From a virus, in IMG/VR virus record IMGVR_UViG_3300031834_001450, positions 1 through 64,000 of that record: a stretch of DNA of 64,000 nt, one strand, 5' to 3'. Positions within the stretch are counted from its first letter, which is position 1, and each line of letters starts with the position of its first letter. Made by a program: the position numbers and the translations under genes. Positions 1 to 10,120 of this stretch are shown piece after piece. Under the pieces are notes generated by a model. That model was not told the DNA's origin, did not search any database, and worked only from the letters and a program-made list of their open reading frames with translations.

Positions 1-394
1 TCAAATCAAATATAGTATCTTTAGATGTTAAAAAATTTATGCTTTGTAAAGGAATAAAAAATCCTTCTGATTTAAATCCTCTTAATTTCACACATCTTAC
101 TCTACCATTTAATTCAAAAAATCCAGATTTAGTTTTATCCTCATTAAGTTCTTTATCCCTATATAGATTATTTGCTCTAAGAAATATTTCTTTGATAGAG
201 CATTCAATAGGAAAAAATATACCTATATCATTTATTCTTGCATCCTCACTTATTTTTACATCTTTAGATATTATTACATGATTACCTTGAATAATAGTTC
301 CTTGTATTTGTGTACAATCTTCAAGTTCAATTATACTATCTATTTGTACTATAGTTGCACAATAATTTGGATTTCCTTTAAGTTCTATTTTCAT
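1..394 (-). CDS. RNA ligase, DRB0094-like family (N-terminal part; runs off the window start)
   Basis: Not in the ORF track. My translation from ATG at 394: MKIELKGNPNYCATIVQID...GIFFPIEC...GFFELNGRVRCVKLRGFKSEGFFIP, open to the window edge. RxxKLRGxxSxG is typical of this family. Confidence 0.7.
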   Translation of the reverse strand, partial: MKIELKGNPNYCATIVQIDSIIELEDCTQIQGTIIQGNHVIISKDVKISEDARINDIGIFFPIECSIKEIFLRANNLYRDKELNEDKTKSGFFELNGRVRCVKLRGFKSEGFFIPLQSINFLTSKDTIFDL

Positions 395-604
395 TTATTT
401 TCCTTTTTCTAATTTCAAATGAAATATTTTTGGTTTATCTATAAACATTCCTTCATTATTTATTTTTCTATTTTTAAAATAATTTGATTTTTTAAAAACA
501 GTATAAAAATTAGCATTTTGTTCTCCACCACCATCTATATACTATTCAAGCCATTCATTCATATCTTTAAGAGATTTGAATTCTAAATTTAATACTTTAG
601 ACAT
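395..604 (-). pseudogene. 69-codon phage protein interrupted by an in-frame TAG at codon 21
   Basis: MSKVLNLEFKSLKDMNEWLE*YIDGGGEQNANFY...KLEKGK. Tiles exactly between its neighbours (TAA-ATG junctions at 605/604 and 395/394). Confidence 0.65.
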
Positions 605-1009
605 TTATTTATTCTCCTTTTTAGTTGTAGTATAAGAATAAGAAATATAAGTTTCTATATTAAATTCATTTCCACAATTACTACATTCTATATTCTCATC
701 TCCATCATTATAAAAATAAGAACTTTCACTATCTGGTTTATGCAAATAACCACAATATGGACAAATTGCTCCATCATCACTATATTGATAATCATCCTCT
801 TCATGTTCTTTTTGGAAGTTTTCTATTTCAGATTGTATTCTTTTCTCTTCACAATCTTGACATCTAAATCCACCAAGAGTTCCCCATCGATTCATAGTAC
901 CTAATTCTAAAGTGTGTTTTCCACAAGACAAACATACGTCATGTTTTTCACATCTATTAAAATATTCTGGTTTTGTTTCATCACATATATAACATTTTTT
1001 ATCTTTCAT
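605..1009 (-). CDS. Cys-rich zinc-finger/zinc-ribbon protein
   Basis: Multiple CxxC pairs (CYIC, CLSC, CQDC, CPYC, CSNC). Confidence 0.7.
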   Translation of the reverse strand: MKDKKCYICDETKPEYFNRCEKHDVCLSCGKHTLELGTMNRWGTLGGFRCQDCEEKRIQSEIENFQKEHEEDDYQYSDDGAICPYCGYLHKPDSESSYFYNDGDENIECSNCGNEFNIETYISYSYTTTKKENK

Positions 1010-1169
1010 TTTTTATTCTTCCTTGTTATTTTCTTTATCTATTATTTAGTGAACTAAATACAACTCTAACTATATTTATTTTATTTTATTTTTGAAATCG
1101 GTGAACCAAACATAACTCATCAATTGGTTTTATTTTATTTTTTCCTTATTTAATTTAATTTTATTTATA

Positions 1170-1223
1170 ATATATAAAATACTTTTAAAAAATTAAATTA
1201 TTTTTTAAAAGTATTTTATATAT
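1170..1223. repeat. Perfect inverted repeat (24-bp arms, 6-nt loop) overlapping an early-type promoter
   Basis: atatataaaatacttttaaaaaat-taaatt-attttttaaaagtattttatatat. Confidence 0.85.
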
Positions 1224-1224
1224 A

Positions 1225-2499
1225 TTAGGCTGTTCTTTTAATACTTAATTTATTAAATATATCTATTTTATTTATAATATTAAAATCTAATATAGTTTCT
1301 AATTGAGTATATACATTTTCCCAAAGGTATTTTTGTCCTTCTTCTTGATTTCTTTTTTTAATAATATCTAATTCAGTTAAATTTAATTGAATTACTTCTA
1401 ACATTTTTTCAACTGTTTCATTTATATTGGGTATTTTCCAATCACAGAAATAATTATTTGGTCTTATAGTAGCAACACTTGATATAGGAAAACCAAAATC
1501 TTGTATATATTGTGATATACCACCTACATTATGATATATAATAGGAAGACCATTTATCATTGCTTCCATAAATCCATATCCAAACCCTTCTGCAAGAGGC
1601 AATCCTATATAGCAATTACAACATCGATATCTTTTATATAATTCTCTTTTTGATATTTGTTCAGGCTTAGATAGTATAATATTATCTGATATTTTCAATT
1701 CATAAATCATAGATTTTATATCAGTTCCTGCATCTACTGTATCTACCATTCCATGAAGATACAATTTATATTTTTCTTTATTATCTACTTTTTGTAAAAA
1801 TTTATAAAAAGCTTCTATGACAAAATCTAATCCTTTTCTATTGAAATTATGTCCAACTGTAATAAAAACAAAATCATCCTCTTTAATTGCTCCACGAAAA
1901 ACTAATTGTTTAGTTAATTCTTCTTCTTCAAAATAAAAATTATCTAACCCATTTGGTAAAGATTCTAAAGTATTAGCTCCAAATTTATTTAATTGTATTT
2001 TACCAACTTCATTATAAGCAATAGAATAATCTATATTTTTACATATATCACTTAAAGATTTTCTTATATTTGGATCTATTTGTGTTGGATTAATTACATA
2101 TCCAGAATAGAAATCACTTTCTATTGGACAATATGCTATCCATGTAAATGTATCTCTATATGCAGATAATATGATATTTTCAAATTGCCATAAATCATGA
2201 ATTGTTAAAACTATATTAGGTTTAAATTCTTTTATACAATCATTTAAGATAGTTAAAGAATCTTGTTTTTTATTTTGACAATTATAAATTTTTGAATCAA
2301 ATAAATTTTCATAAAAGAAATGCCCTTTATTAGGAAGATCATTTATCGTACAATCTTCTCCACTCAAAATGCAATAATTTACTAAATATTCTTTTTGAAT
2401 AAAAAAATTACATAAATTCAAAGCTACATATGATAAACCAGTTATATTCTTAAATGAATCACTACATATTAATATTCGAGGACTATTTTTAGATTTCAA
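1225..2499 (-). CDS. Glycosyltransferase, GT4/GT-B fold
   Basis: TVGHNFNRKGLD and AEGFGYGFMEAMINGLPII (EX7E). Confidence 0.9.
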   Translation of the reverse strand: MKSKNSPRILICSDSFKNITGLSYVALNLCNFFIQKEYLVNYCILSGEDCTINDLPNKGHFFYENLFDSKIYNCQNKKQDSLTILNDCIKEFKPNIVLTIHDLWQFENIILSAYRDTFTWIAYCPIESDFYSGYVINPTQIDPNIRKSLSDICKNIDYSIAYNEVGKIQLNKFGANTLESLPNGLDNFYFEEEELTKQLVFRGAIKEDDFVFITVGHNFNRKGLDFVIEAFYKFLQKVDNKEKYKLYLHGMVDTVDAGTDIKSMIYELKISDNIILSKPEQISKRELYKRYRCCNCYIGLPLAEGFGYGFMEAMINGLPIIYHNVGGISQYIQDFGFPISSVATIRPNNYFCDWKIPNINETVEKMLEVIQLNLTELDIIKKRNQEEGQKYLWENVYTQLETILDFNIINKIDIFNKLSIKRTA

Positions 2500-2525
2500 A
2501 AAATTCTCCTAATGATCTATTTTTT

Positions 2526-2557
2526 AAAAAAACTCCTTTATATTTCAAAAGGAGTTT
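2526..2557 (-). terminator. Rho-independent terminator after the small virion-like gene
   Basis: aaactccttt-atatttca-aaaggagttt hairpin followed by a T-run on the minus strand. Confidence 0.7.
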
Positions 2558-2567
2558 AACTGGTGGG

Positions 2568-2849
2568 TTACACGTAAGTACCTATAATAGTAACTACATC
2601 CCCTGCTGTGAGAACATAATCGGAACTATTATTATAAATAACAACTGCTCCTGATGCAGTACTATATGCATGTTTTGTTTTAAATGAATAATCTACTTCT
2701 CCTCTTTTAATTCCAAGTGTATATGCAAAAGGATCTGTTGCATGTGCTGGAACTCCTGTACCTACAAACATAATTTTTTTTGTAGCTGTTACTTCTGCAG
2801 CAGTTACAGTGTCTTGAAGAGTTTTAACTTTTCTCCATGTTTTAACCAT
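2568..2849 (-). CDS. Small Thr/Ala/Val-rich beta-type protein, probable virion decoration protein (93 aa; likely start 2849)
   Basis: AGGGG Shine-Dalgarno before the ATG at 2849; own late-type promoter and terminator; ends ...YVLTAGDVVTIIGTYV. Confidence 0.55.
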   Translation of the reverse strand: MVKTWRKVKTLQDTVTAAEVTATKKIMFVGTGVPAHATDPFAYTLGIKRGEVDYSFKTKHAYSTASGAVVIYNNSSDYVLTAGDVVTIIGTYV

Positions 2850-2944
2850 TAAAAATACCCCCTGATAAAATTGTTTTATAAAACAATTAGGAATTACTTC
2901 CATATCATTTGATTATCGTTCATACTGTAAAGCATGAATAATAT

Positions 2945-2956
2945 TATTTATTAGTA
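2945..2956 (-). promoter_or_regulatory. Late-type promoter motif TACTAATAAATA
   Basis: Identical 12-mer lies upstream of the sheath, tape-measure and gp25-like genes. Confidence 0.6.
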
Positions 2957-4177
2957 AAAACCTTTTAAATAATATATTTCTTGGGCTGAGTTATTTAAAT
3001 CTTCACTCATATTTCCACAAGCGTAACTTTCTGTTTTGATAACAGTAGAATTTTTTAAAAGGTTTATTCCTTCTCTTTTAATATTTATTGAAGCATTTAA
3101 ATCCCTATCAATTTCTAGTCCACAATCACAAATATACGTCCGTTCTGACAATAAAAGTTCTTTCTTAACTTGTCCACAATTTGAACAAAGTTTACTACTT
3201 GGAAACCATCTGTCAGTTGTTACAAAATGTTTATTTGCTTTAAATGCTTTCCATTTGAGATTGGTTAAAAATTCTGAAAAACTAAAATCAAGTGTTACTG
3301 TTTTTGAAATACCTTTATTGAATTGCTTCATTCCTTCAATATTTAAATCCTCAAATATTAAAACATCAAACTTTGAAACTAATTCATGGGCTAAATTCCA
3401 TTGAAACCCTGTTCTTTGATTTGTAATGTTCAAATAAGTTTTAGCTAAAACCACTCTTTGTTTTTCAAAATTATTTGAATCGTTCTTTTTCTTTGAAAAT
3501 TTTCTATGTCTAATTTTTAATCTTCTTTCTTTTCTTCGATAAAATTTTTGATTTTCAAATTCCATTTCTGAACTTACAAGAAAATTTTTACAAGACATAT
3601 CAGCACTAAAAACTTTTGATTCTTGAATCTCAATTGGAAGATTTATTTCAAAATCTTTTTCAACTAAAATAGAAGCAAAGTATTGATTACATTTGTTTTT
3701 TGAAATTGTAATAGATTTTATTTTTGAATCGAAAATTCTCTTATCCTTAAATTTAATCCAATCAATTTTTGGAATTTTAATTTTTTTATTTTTAAAATCT
3801 ATTTTAAAATCCTTGGGTACTCTAAAAGAATTTTGTCTTTTATGTTTACTCTTAAATTTAGGAAAACCTAATTCTTTTTTACCTTGTTTTACTCTTCTAA
3901 AAAAGTTTAAATAGGCTTTTTCTAGATTTAAAATTGATTGCTGTAAAACCTGAGAATCTATTTCATTCATCCATTCATAACCTTCTAATTTTTTAATAAT
4001 AGTAAAATCTTTTATAGCATTATAGGCTGAATATTTTATTCCATGTTTATAGGAGTCAATTTTATAACCTAAGACTGAATTCCAAACAAATCTACAGACA
4101 CCAAAATACTTCTCAAAAGTTTCTTTTTGAATTATATTTGGATAGATTCTTATTTTATAGGCTTTATTTATTTTCAT
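2951..4177 (-). mobile_element. tnpB: IS200/IS605-family TnpB RNA-guided endonuclease, solo (no TnpA)
   Basis: N-terminal KAYKIRIYP HTH, GFPKFKSK, RuvC residues SADM / FEDLNI / RDLNASINI, zinc finger CSNCG...CDCG. Confidence 0.93.
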
Positions 4178-4186
4178 AATTTTAAT

Positions 4187-4936
4187 TTAATTGAAAGTTA
4201 TTTTATTTGAATCAAATTCATAAAAATTAGTATTATTTAAATAGTGTTTAGTATTACAACTATCTCCTCGTATTTCTTTACACCCTTCTCGAAGTAATAA
4301 TTTTCTTAATATCCAATCTGGAGCATATCTTCTATATAATTTTTCACCGTCATTTATTACTTCATAAAGATTTTGTGTTATATCTATTATATTATTTAAT
4401 ATTTTAATAGGTAAAATAAAACAACCAAAACTATCAGACATTACTTGTTTTTTAGATTTTATAATATATGGGATATTTATAATATATGGAATTATTTCTT
4501 TATTTTTTCTTTCAAGAATTTTACATAATTTATATATATCATTAGCATCAATTTTTATATCAGCATCAATATAAAAAATATAATCAAAAGAAGTAAGTAC
4601 TTTCTTAATATTCATAAACATATATATTCTTTGTTTTGCCCATCCAACTTCATGAGCATTTTTTTCATTCATATTTTCTTTATAAATAGCATCAAAAGGT
4701 AATTTTGTAACTTGTATATTATATGTTTCAAAATTAAATAAATTCTCTTCAGGGCATTCTGTGCATGATAAAATATCTTGAAGATTTTTTGTCATTTGAT
4801 TATGACAAGAAAATAATCGATAAGTAAATAAATTAGATATTTTATTATATTTAGATGACTCCATAAAATAGTTTAAATTTTCTATTTCATGACAATTATT
4901 TTGCTCTGGAAAAAGACTCATATATAAAATTTTCAA
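4187..4936 (-). CDS. Putative GT-A glycosyltransferase
   Basis: FDYIFYIDADI DxD motif, SFGC; cluster context. Confidence 0.55.
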   Translation of the reverse strand: MKILYMSLFPEQNNCHEIENLNYFMESSKYNKISNLFTYRLFSCHNQMTKNLQDILSCTECPEENLFNFETYNIQVTKLPFDAIYKENMNEKNAHEVGWAKQRIYMFMNIKKVLTSFDYIFYIDADIKIDANDIYKLCKILERKNKEIIPYIINIPYIIKSKKQVMSDSFGCFILPIKILNNIIDITQNLYEVINDGEKLYRRYAPDWILRKLLLREGCKEIRGDSCNTKHYLNNTNFYEFDSNKITFN

Positions 4937-4969
4937 CTTAACTTCTCCTTATAATTTAAAAATAATTGT

Positions 4970-5944
4970 TTAGTCTGAATATAGAGTATTCATAATTCGT
5001 TGTATAGCATTATCAAAATAATCTTCTTCTGCTAATTGTTCTGATTTTTTAAGTATTTCTTCTCTATTTGAATTTAATAATTTATCATATTGATTAACTA
5101 TTTTTTCTATATTCATATGATTATAAGTAAAATCTGGATAATATTTTGAAGCATAGCACATAGTACTGCTAATATAAGGGGTTCGTGAATAAAAAGATTC
5201 TATTATCGCTCTTCCTGGTCCTGGTCTAGCATCAGGATTTATATATACTTTTGATTTAGATAACCAAGGAATTAATCCTCGATTATTAGTAGTTATTGCA
5301 TCTTGAAATTCAATTTCAGGGTATAATGGTTGTAAAATATTTTTTCTATTTGTAGGATAAACAATTCTTTTATCTGGATATTTCTCTTTAAGCATCAACA
5401 TTATTTCAATAGCAAAGGCTAATGTTATTTCATTTCTATTAATTGATCCTGATAAAAGAATATCGATATCTCTTTGTTCATATGGTAAAGAAAAATTTAC
5501 CCTTTCAAGAAACATTCCCATATCTATAACTTTATGTTGATATCTACCAAAGAATTTCATGTGTGATGGAATTCCAGACATAATAATATCAACTTCTTTA
5601 CATAATGCTGTATATATAATACCATTTTTATTTATTAAATTATCACCTGTAAGAAATTTATAATCAGATGATATTGATAAGATTACTTTAGATCCATTTG
5701 CTTTAACTTTTCTAATAAATTCTATTTCATGTTCATAAGTATGTGTATAAGCTGAAAGTAAAATATATATATCAGCTGTCATATCTATATCTACATTATT
5801 TATATGACTTGCTCCACATTGTAATAATTTACCTAAAGCAATATTGCAATCATCATTCCAAGGTGCATTAAAATTAGGAGTAGACCATCTTCCTCCTTCT
5901 ATTGGTTGCATTATTAACCATTTTTTATCCCTATAATCTATCAA
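4970..5944 (-). CDS. Putative glycosyltransferase (GT-B-like)
   Basis: SKSKVYINP...GRAIIESFYSRTPYISS donor-binding-like motif. Confidence 0.55.
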   Translation of the reverse strand: MIDYRDKKWLIMQPIEGGRWSTPNFNAPWNDDCNIALGKLLQCGASHINNVDIDMTADIYILLSAYTHTYEHEIEFIRKVKANGSKVILSISSDYKFLTGDNLINKNGIIYTALCKEVDIIMSGIPSHMKFFGRYQHKVIDMGMFLERVNFSLPYEQRDIDILLSGSINRNEITLAFAIEIMLMLKEKYPDKRIVYPTNRKNILQPLYPEIEFQDAITTNNRGLIPWLSKSKVYINPDARPGPGRAIIESFYSRTPYISSTMCYASKYYPDFTYNHMNIEKIVNQYDKLLNSNREEILKKSEQLAEEDYFDNAIQRIMNTLYSD

Positions 5945-7583
5945 AATTATAACCTTCTTTTTTAAATTTATCTATTATTTTTTTATAAAATTCATTATTA
6001 ATTTTTAAATTATTAAACAAATTATAATGATATTCAGCTTTTTCTATATTATTTAATATTTTACTTTTAATATATATTTTATATAACATATAATGAGCAA
6101 TTGCATGACTAGGATAATGATTAACTACATTTTGAAAATAAGGTAAACAAATATCATATCTATTATTTTTATAATTAGTATTTTCTAAAAAATTTACAAT
6201 TAAATTCATATACTGAGCATATTCTTCTATTTGTTCTGGTTTTACTCCAGGTGCTTTGATATTACAATTAGATACAGTATATTTATTATAGTCAGTAGTT
6301 AGTAAATATCCATTATCTTTACATTGTTGATATAATCGGCTTCCAGCAATAGGAACAACAATAAATATATGAGCCCAATCTATCCCTATATCAAGTAATA
6401 AATCTAAAGTTTCTTTTCTATGTTTATCATATTCATTGGGAAAACCAATTACAATAAATGCATGAAGTCTTATATTATATTTTTTTAATAATTTTACAGC
6501 TTTATATATTTGTTCTTTTTTAAGAGGTTTATTTATTATTTTATGTAAAACATATTCTGACCCAGATTCAATAGCTAAAGGAAGTAATTTTATTTTAGTA
6601 TCTGCCAATGCTTTTGCTATTTCTTCATCTATTTTAAAAACAGCAATACCATTAGGGAATTCTATATTAATATTTAATTTTCTAATTTCTTCTAATAAAT
6701 ATAAAGCTCTTTCTTTATTAGCAAGAAAATGATCATCTTCAATAAGAAGAGTATTCATTTTATAATTATTAATGTAATATTTAATAGTTTCTAAAAATCT
6801 TTCATTAGACATTATTCTAATTTTTTTACCATGAACGATATAATTACTACAATAACAACAATTATAAGGGCATCCACGTGAAGTATGAATACTTACTTCT
6901 ATTTTATTAGAATCTTTATCTACATAAGATCGTCCATTATATTTTTTTAAATTTATATAAGTAAAATTAATAATTGGAATATCATCAAGATTATAAATAA
7001 AATCATATTCAGGTTTAATATTTAATTTTAATGATTTTTTTGTTATTAAAGATTTACTTATTTCATGTACTTGCTTATTCTCTTTATCATCTAATAATTT
7101 TTTAAAAGGTAATTCTCCTTCACCATAACATAGAATATCAATACAAGAAATTTCAGTAAATAAATCTTCATATAAATTTGTAGCTAATCCACCACCAATA
7201 ATAAGAATATTTTCTGGTAATATTTCTTTAATTATAGGACATAAATATTTCATATGAGGAAAACTAGTATTAAATAGAGCTGAAATACAGATGTATTTAG
7301 GATCAAAAGATTTTAATTTTATTGTAACTATGTTAATAATATATTCTTGATATTTATTTACTTCTAAATTGGGTGTATTTAATATCTCATAATTTAAATC
7401 TAAAATTTCTATATTATATTCTTTATTTTGATTTATGTATGAAATAATAGATAATACTCCATAAGGTGGTGTTAAGGTTGGTAATTTTTGTCCTACTTTA
7501 GAAGGTTTATATTCATCAAATGGAAGATAGGGAGGAATTATAAATAATATTTTATTGTTGAGCATGTATATCCAACCATCCAA
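5931..7583 (-). CDS. Cobalamin-binding (class B) radical SAM methyltransferase
   Basis: PPYGVLSI B12-binding N-domain, GEGE, TSRGCPYNCCYC. Confidence 0.9.
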   Translation of the reverse strand: MDGWIYMLNNKILFIIPPYLPFDEYKPSKVGQKLPTLTPPYGVLSIISYINQNKEYNIEILDLNYEILNTPNLEVNKYQEYIINIVTIKLKSFDPKYICISALFNTSFPHMKYLCPIIKEILPENILIIGGGLATNLYEDLFTEISCIDILCYGEGELPFKKLLDDKENKQVHEISKSLITKKSLKLNIKPEYDFIYNLDDIPIINFTYINLKKYNGRSYVDKDSNKIEVSIHTSRGCPYNCCYCSNYIVHGKKIRIMSNERFLETIKYYINNYKMNTLLIEDDHFLANKERALYLLEEIRKLNINIEFPNGIAVFKIDEEIAKALADTKIKLLPLAIESGSEYVLHKIINKPLKKEQIYKAVKLLKKYNIRLHAFIVIGFPNEYDKHRKETLDLLLDIGIDWAHIFIVVPIAGSRLYQQCKDNGYLLTTDYNKYTVSNCNIKAPGVKPEQIEEYAQYMNLIVNFLENTNYKNNRYDICLPYFQNVVNHYPSHAIAHYMLYKIYIKSKILNNIEKAEYHYNLFNNLKINNEFYKKIIDKFKKEGYNFDRL

Positions 7584-8232
7584 AACTTAAATTTTCTCTA
7601 TCTAATCCTCGTAATTCATTAAATTTTATATACCTATCTAAAGCGATATCAGCACTAACCCATTTATCTAAAGGAAGTAATTGCCCAAATAAACCTGAAC
7701 TTAATGGTGTATTATTGGCCTGATTTCTTAACTGAAAATATTTATACCCAGCTTTTTGAAGATTTATAAATAAATGCATATAATCTATTTTATTTAATTC
7801 AAAAGAAACAAATTTAGGTTTTTCTTTAGCAAACCTTAAATGAAAGGAAGTTATTATATCACAACCTTCTATATCAACTTTCATATAATATGGTATTCCA
7901 TACTTTTCAAAAAGACTACTTATATTTATTGACTCAACTATTATTTTAGTACTTGTTTCTCCATCTTGTTCTGCAATATGTTGATAGATACTTCCCCATT
8001 CTAATTTAGTTGGATGAATATAAAAATCTATTTTAGTTATTTCATCAGATACTACATTATTTAAAAGAATTAATTGACCTTTATTTATTTCATCTTTAAA
8101 TTTTTTATTTCCTATTTCAGTTAAATTGGGGTTACCTTCTACTGCTATTACTTTAAATCCCTGCTCTAAATAATAAGCAGTATCTGTACCATCACAAAAA
8201 CCTAAATCAAATATTAATTTATTGTTTTGCAT
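7552..8232 (-). CDS. FkbM-family methyltransferase
   Basis: FDLGFCDG...VIAVEGNP...YMKVDIEGCD. Confidence 0.85.
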   Translation of the reverse strand: MQNNKLIFDLGFCDGTDTAYYLEQGFKVIAVEGNPNLTEIGNKKFKDEINKGQLILLNNVVSDEITKIDFYIHPTKLEWGSIYQHIAEQDGETSTKIIVESINISSLFEKYGIPYYMKVDIEGCDIITSFHLRFAKEKPKFVSFELNKIDYMHLFINLQKAGYKYFQLRNQANNTPLSSGLFGQLLPLDKWVSADIALDRYIKFNELRGLDRENLSFGWLDIHAQQ

Positions 8233-8242
8233 CTTAACCTCT

Positions 8243-9091
8243 TTATCTACTACAATACCATGGAGAAATTATAGGATTTCCAGCAAAAGCATATTGATGT
8301 GGAGCTTGATCTCTTAAAGAATTTATTTGTTTTTTTGCACACATCATTACATAATATATATTATCAGATAACTGTCCAAAACTATTTTTACCAAAAAAAT
8401 AAGGATCATATTCAATTAATCTATAATAATCCCATCTATCGACAAAAAAAGTAGATCTTGAATATTTATTTGGAAGTAATTCTAAAATAATATTATTTAT
8501 TATTTCATATTTATTCGTCAGATAATAATCATTAAATAATGTTGGAGAAAATTGATAAAATCCATGATCCATAGTATTATTAGCTGGTAATATATGTATT
8601 ATATATCCTTCAGGAGTTAATAAATCAGTAGAATTTAAAAATACACTACGTATATCAAATACATGTTCCATTACTCCTGCGTCAATAACTAGATTATATC
8701 TTTTATCAATAATATCAATAATACCTTTATTATTTAAATTAAAAATAATTGTTGCTGTACCTTGAACATCAATTGAATCCATTATTTCAAAACCTAAAGC
8801 TGTATAAAAAAGAGTATCACTTATACAAGGATATGCTATTACTGTTTGTTTTGAAAGACTCATATGTTTATGTTGTTCAATTAAGTTCTTAACAGCAGTA
8901 TCTATTTTTGAATCAAAAAATTTTAATGTAGTATTAACATAATATGCTAATTCATATTTTATCATTAATTTTTCAAATTGTTCAAAATTAATAAAATAAT
9001 CTAATCTTCCTAAACTTAATATTGATCCTGTTATATTATTTTCTTTACATGTTTTAATTGTATATTCTATTTGAGGAAGTAATAATCCCAT
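8243..9091 (-). CDS. Class I SAM-dependent methyltransferase-like protein
   Basis: YNLVIDAGVMEHVFD...GYIIHILP...DHGFYQFSP. Confidence 0.7.
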   Translation of the reverse strand: MGLLLPQIEYTIKTCKENNITGSILSLGRLDYFINFEQFEKLMIKYELAYYVNTTLKFFDSKIDTAVKNLIEQHKHMSLSKQTVIAYPCISDTLFYTALGFEIMDSIDVQGTATIIFNLNNKGIIDIIDKRYNLVIDAGVMEHVFDIRSVFLNSTDLLTPEGYIIHILPANNTMDHGFYQFSPTLFNDYYLTNKYEIINNIILELLPNKYSRSTFFVDRWDYYRLIEYDPYFFGKNSFGQLSDNIYYVMMCAKKQINSLRDQAPHQYAFAGNPIISPWYCSR

Positions 9092-9102
9092 TTTAATATT
9101 TC

Positions 9103-10107
9103 CTAAAAATTATATTTTTTTATTAATTCTTCTGCATAATTATCTATATTTGATGGCATACCTTTTTTTAATTGATCACAATTTTTACAATAACGATGTG
9201 ATTTACGTTTGCCTTCTAACATAAAATTTCTAAAATTTTTTAATTGTTCTCCATTCCATATATCATAAATTGAAGTAGTATTAATATCTCCTATTTTCAA
9301 TTTTCTATTCCAATCTAAAAAACAAGAAGATACCAATCCATCACTATGTATAAAAAGAGAATACATTATATATGGACAAACCAGAGCTTCTTCTTTGAGT
9401 GATTGTCCATAAATTCCTATAGTATCATCTGATCTTAAAAATCCTTTTGGTTTAAAACTTTGCCAACAGGCCATAGATTTTTCAACTGCTACTGCATCCG
9501 CAATTGGTTCAAATATTTCTAAAAATTTTTGTTCATCCTCTTTAGAAATTGTATCTCCATTTATTTTTATAAATATATAACACTGTTTTTTATTTTCATA
9601 TAAATGTTTTATATGCTCAACATATTTTTTAAAATCTATTTTAACTCTAGTAAATTTGTGATATTGTTCATCACTCAATCCATTAACTGAAATATTTATT
9701 CTATCTATTCCTGATGCAATTAATTCTAAGTTTAATTGAGGATATAAACAAATAGCATTAGTTGTAGTATCTACCATTTCTACTCTATTTGATTGTTTAG
9801 CATATTTAATCATTCTACTAAAATTAATATTAAGTAGTGGTTCACCATGTCCATAAAGTCTAACTACTTTAATTTTAGTTTTAAATTGTAATAGATCATC
9901 TATAATTGAAGTAAATAATGAAAAATTCATTGATTGTAAGGGACGATTAACTTTCTTCATTAATTTTTTATCAGAGGTTGGACAAAATAAACATTTAAGA
10001 CAGCACCAATCAGAAGGGTCTATAAAAAGTACTAATGGAGCCTCTAATGGCAATAGAGTTTCTAATGGTTTTCTATTTTCAAGAATAATACGAGTTCCAA
10101 TAGTCAT
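9103..10107 (-). CDS. Radical SAM protein with SPASM/twitch domain
   Basis: CCLKCLFC, GHGEPLLN, C-terminal CPY...DGLVSSC...IGDIN...IWNG...CKNC. Confidence 0.9.
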   Translation of the reverse strand: MTIGTRIILENRKPLETLLPLEAPLVLFIDPSDWCCLKCLFCPTSDKKLMKKVNRPLQSMNFSLFTSIIDDLLQFKTKIKVVRLYGHGEPLLNINFSRMIKYAKQSNRVEMVDTTTNAICLYPQLNLELIASGIDRINISVNGLSDEQYHKFTRVKIDFKKYVEHIKHLYENKKQCYIFIKINGDTISKEDEQKFLEIFEPIADAVAVEKSMACWQSFKPKGFLRSDDTIGIYGQSLKEEALVCPYIMYSLFIHSDGLVSSCFLDWNRKLKIGDINTTSIYDIWNGEQLKNFRNFMLEGKRKSHRYCKNCDQLKKGMPSNIDNYAEELIKKYNF

Positions 10108-10120
10108 TGATTTTTCAACC

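Noticed and set aside
2951-4177. Cas12f or nuclease-dead TldR
   Set aside because: No array is nearby and all three RuvC acidic residues are present.
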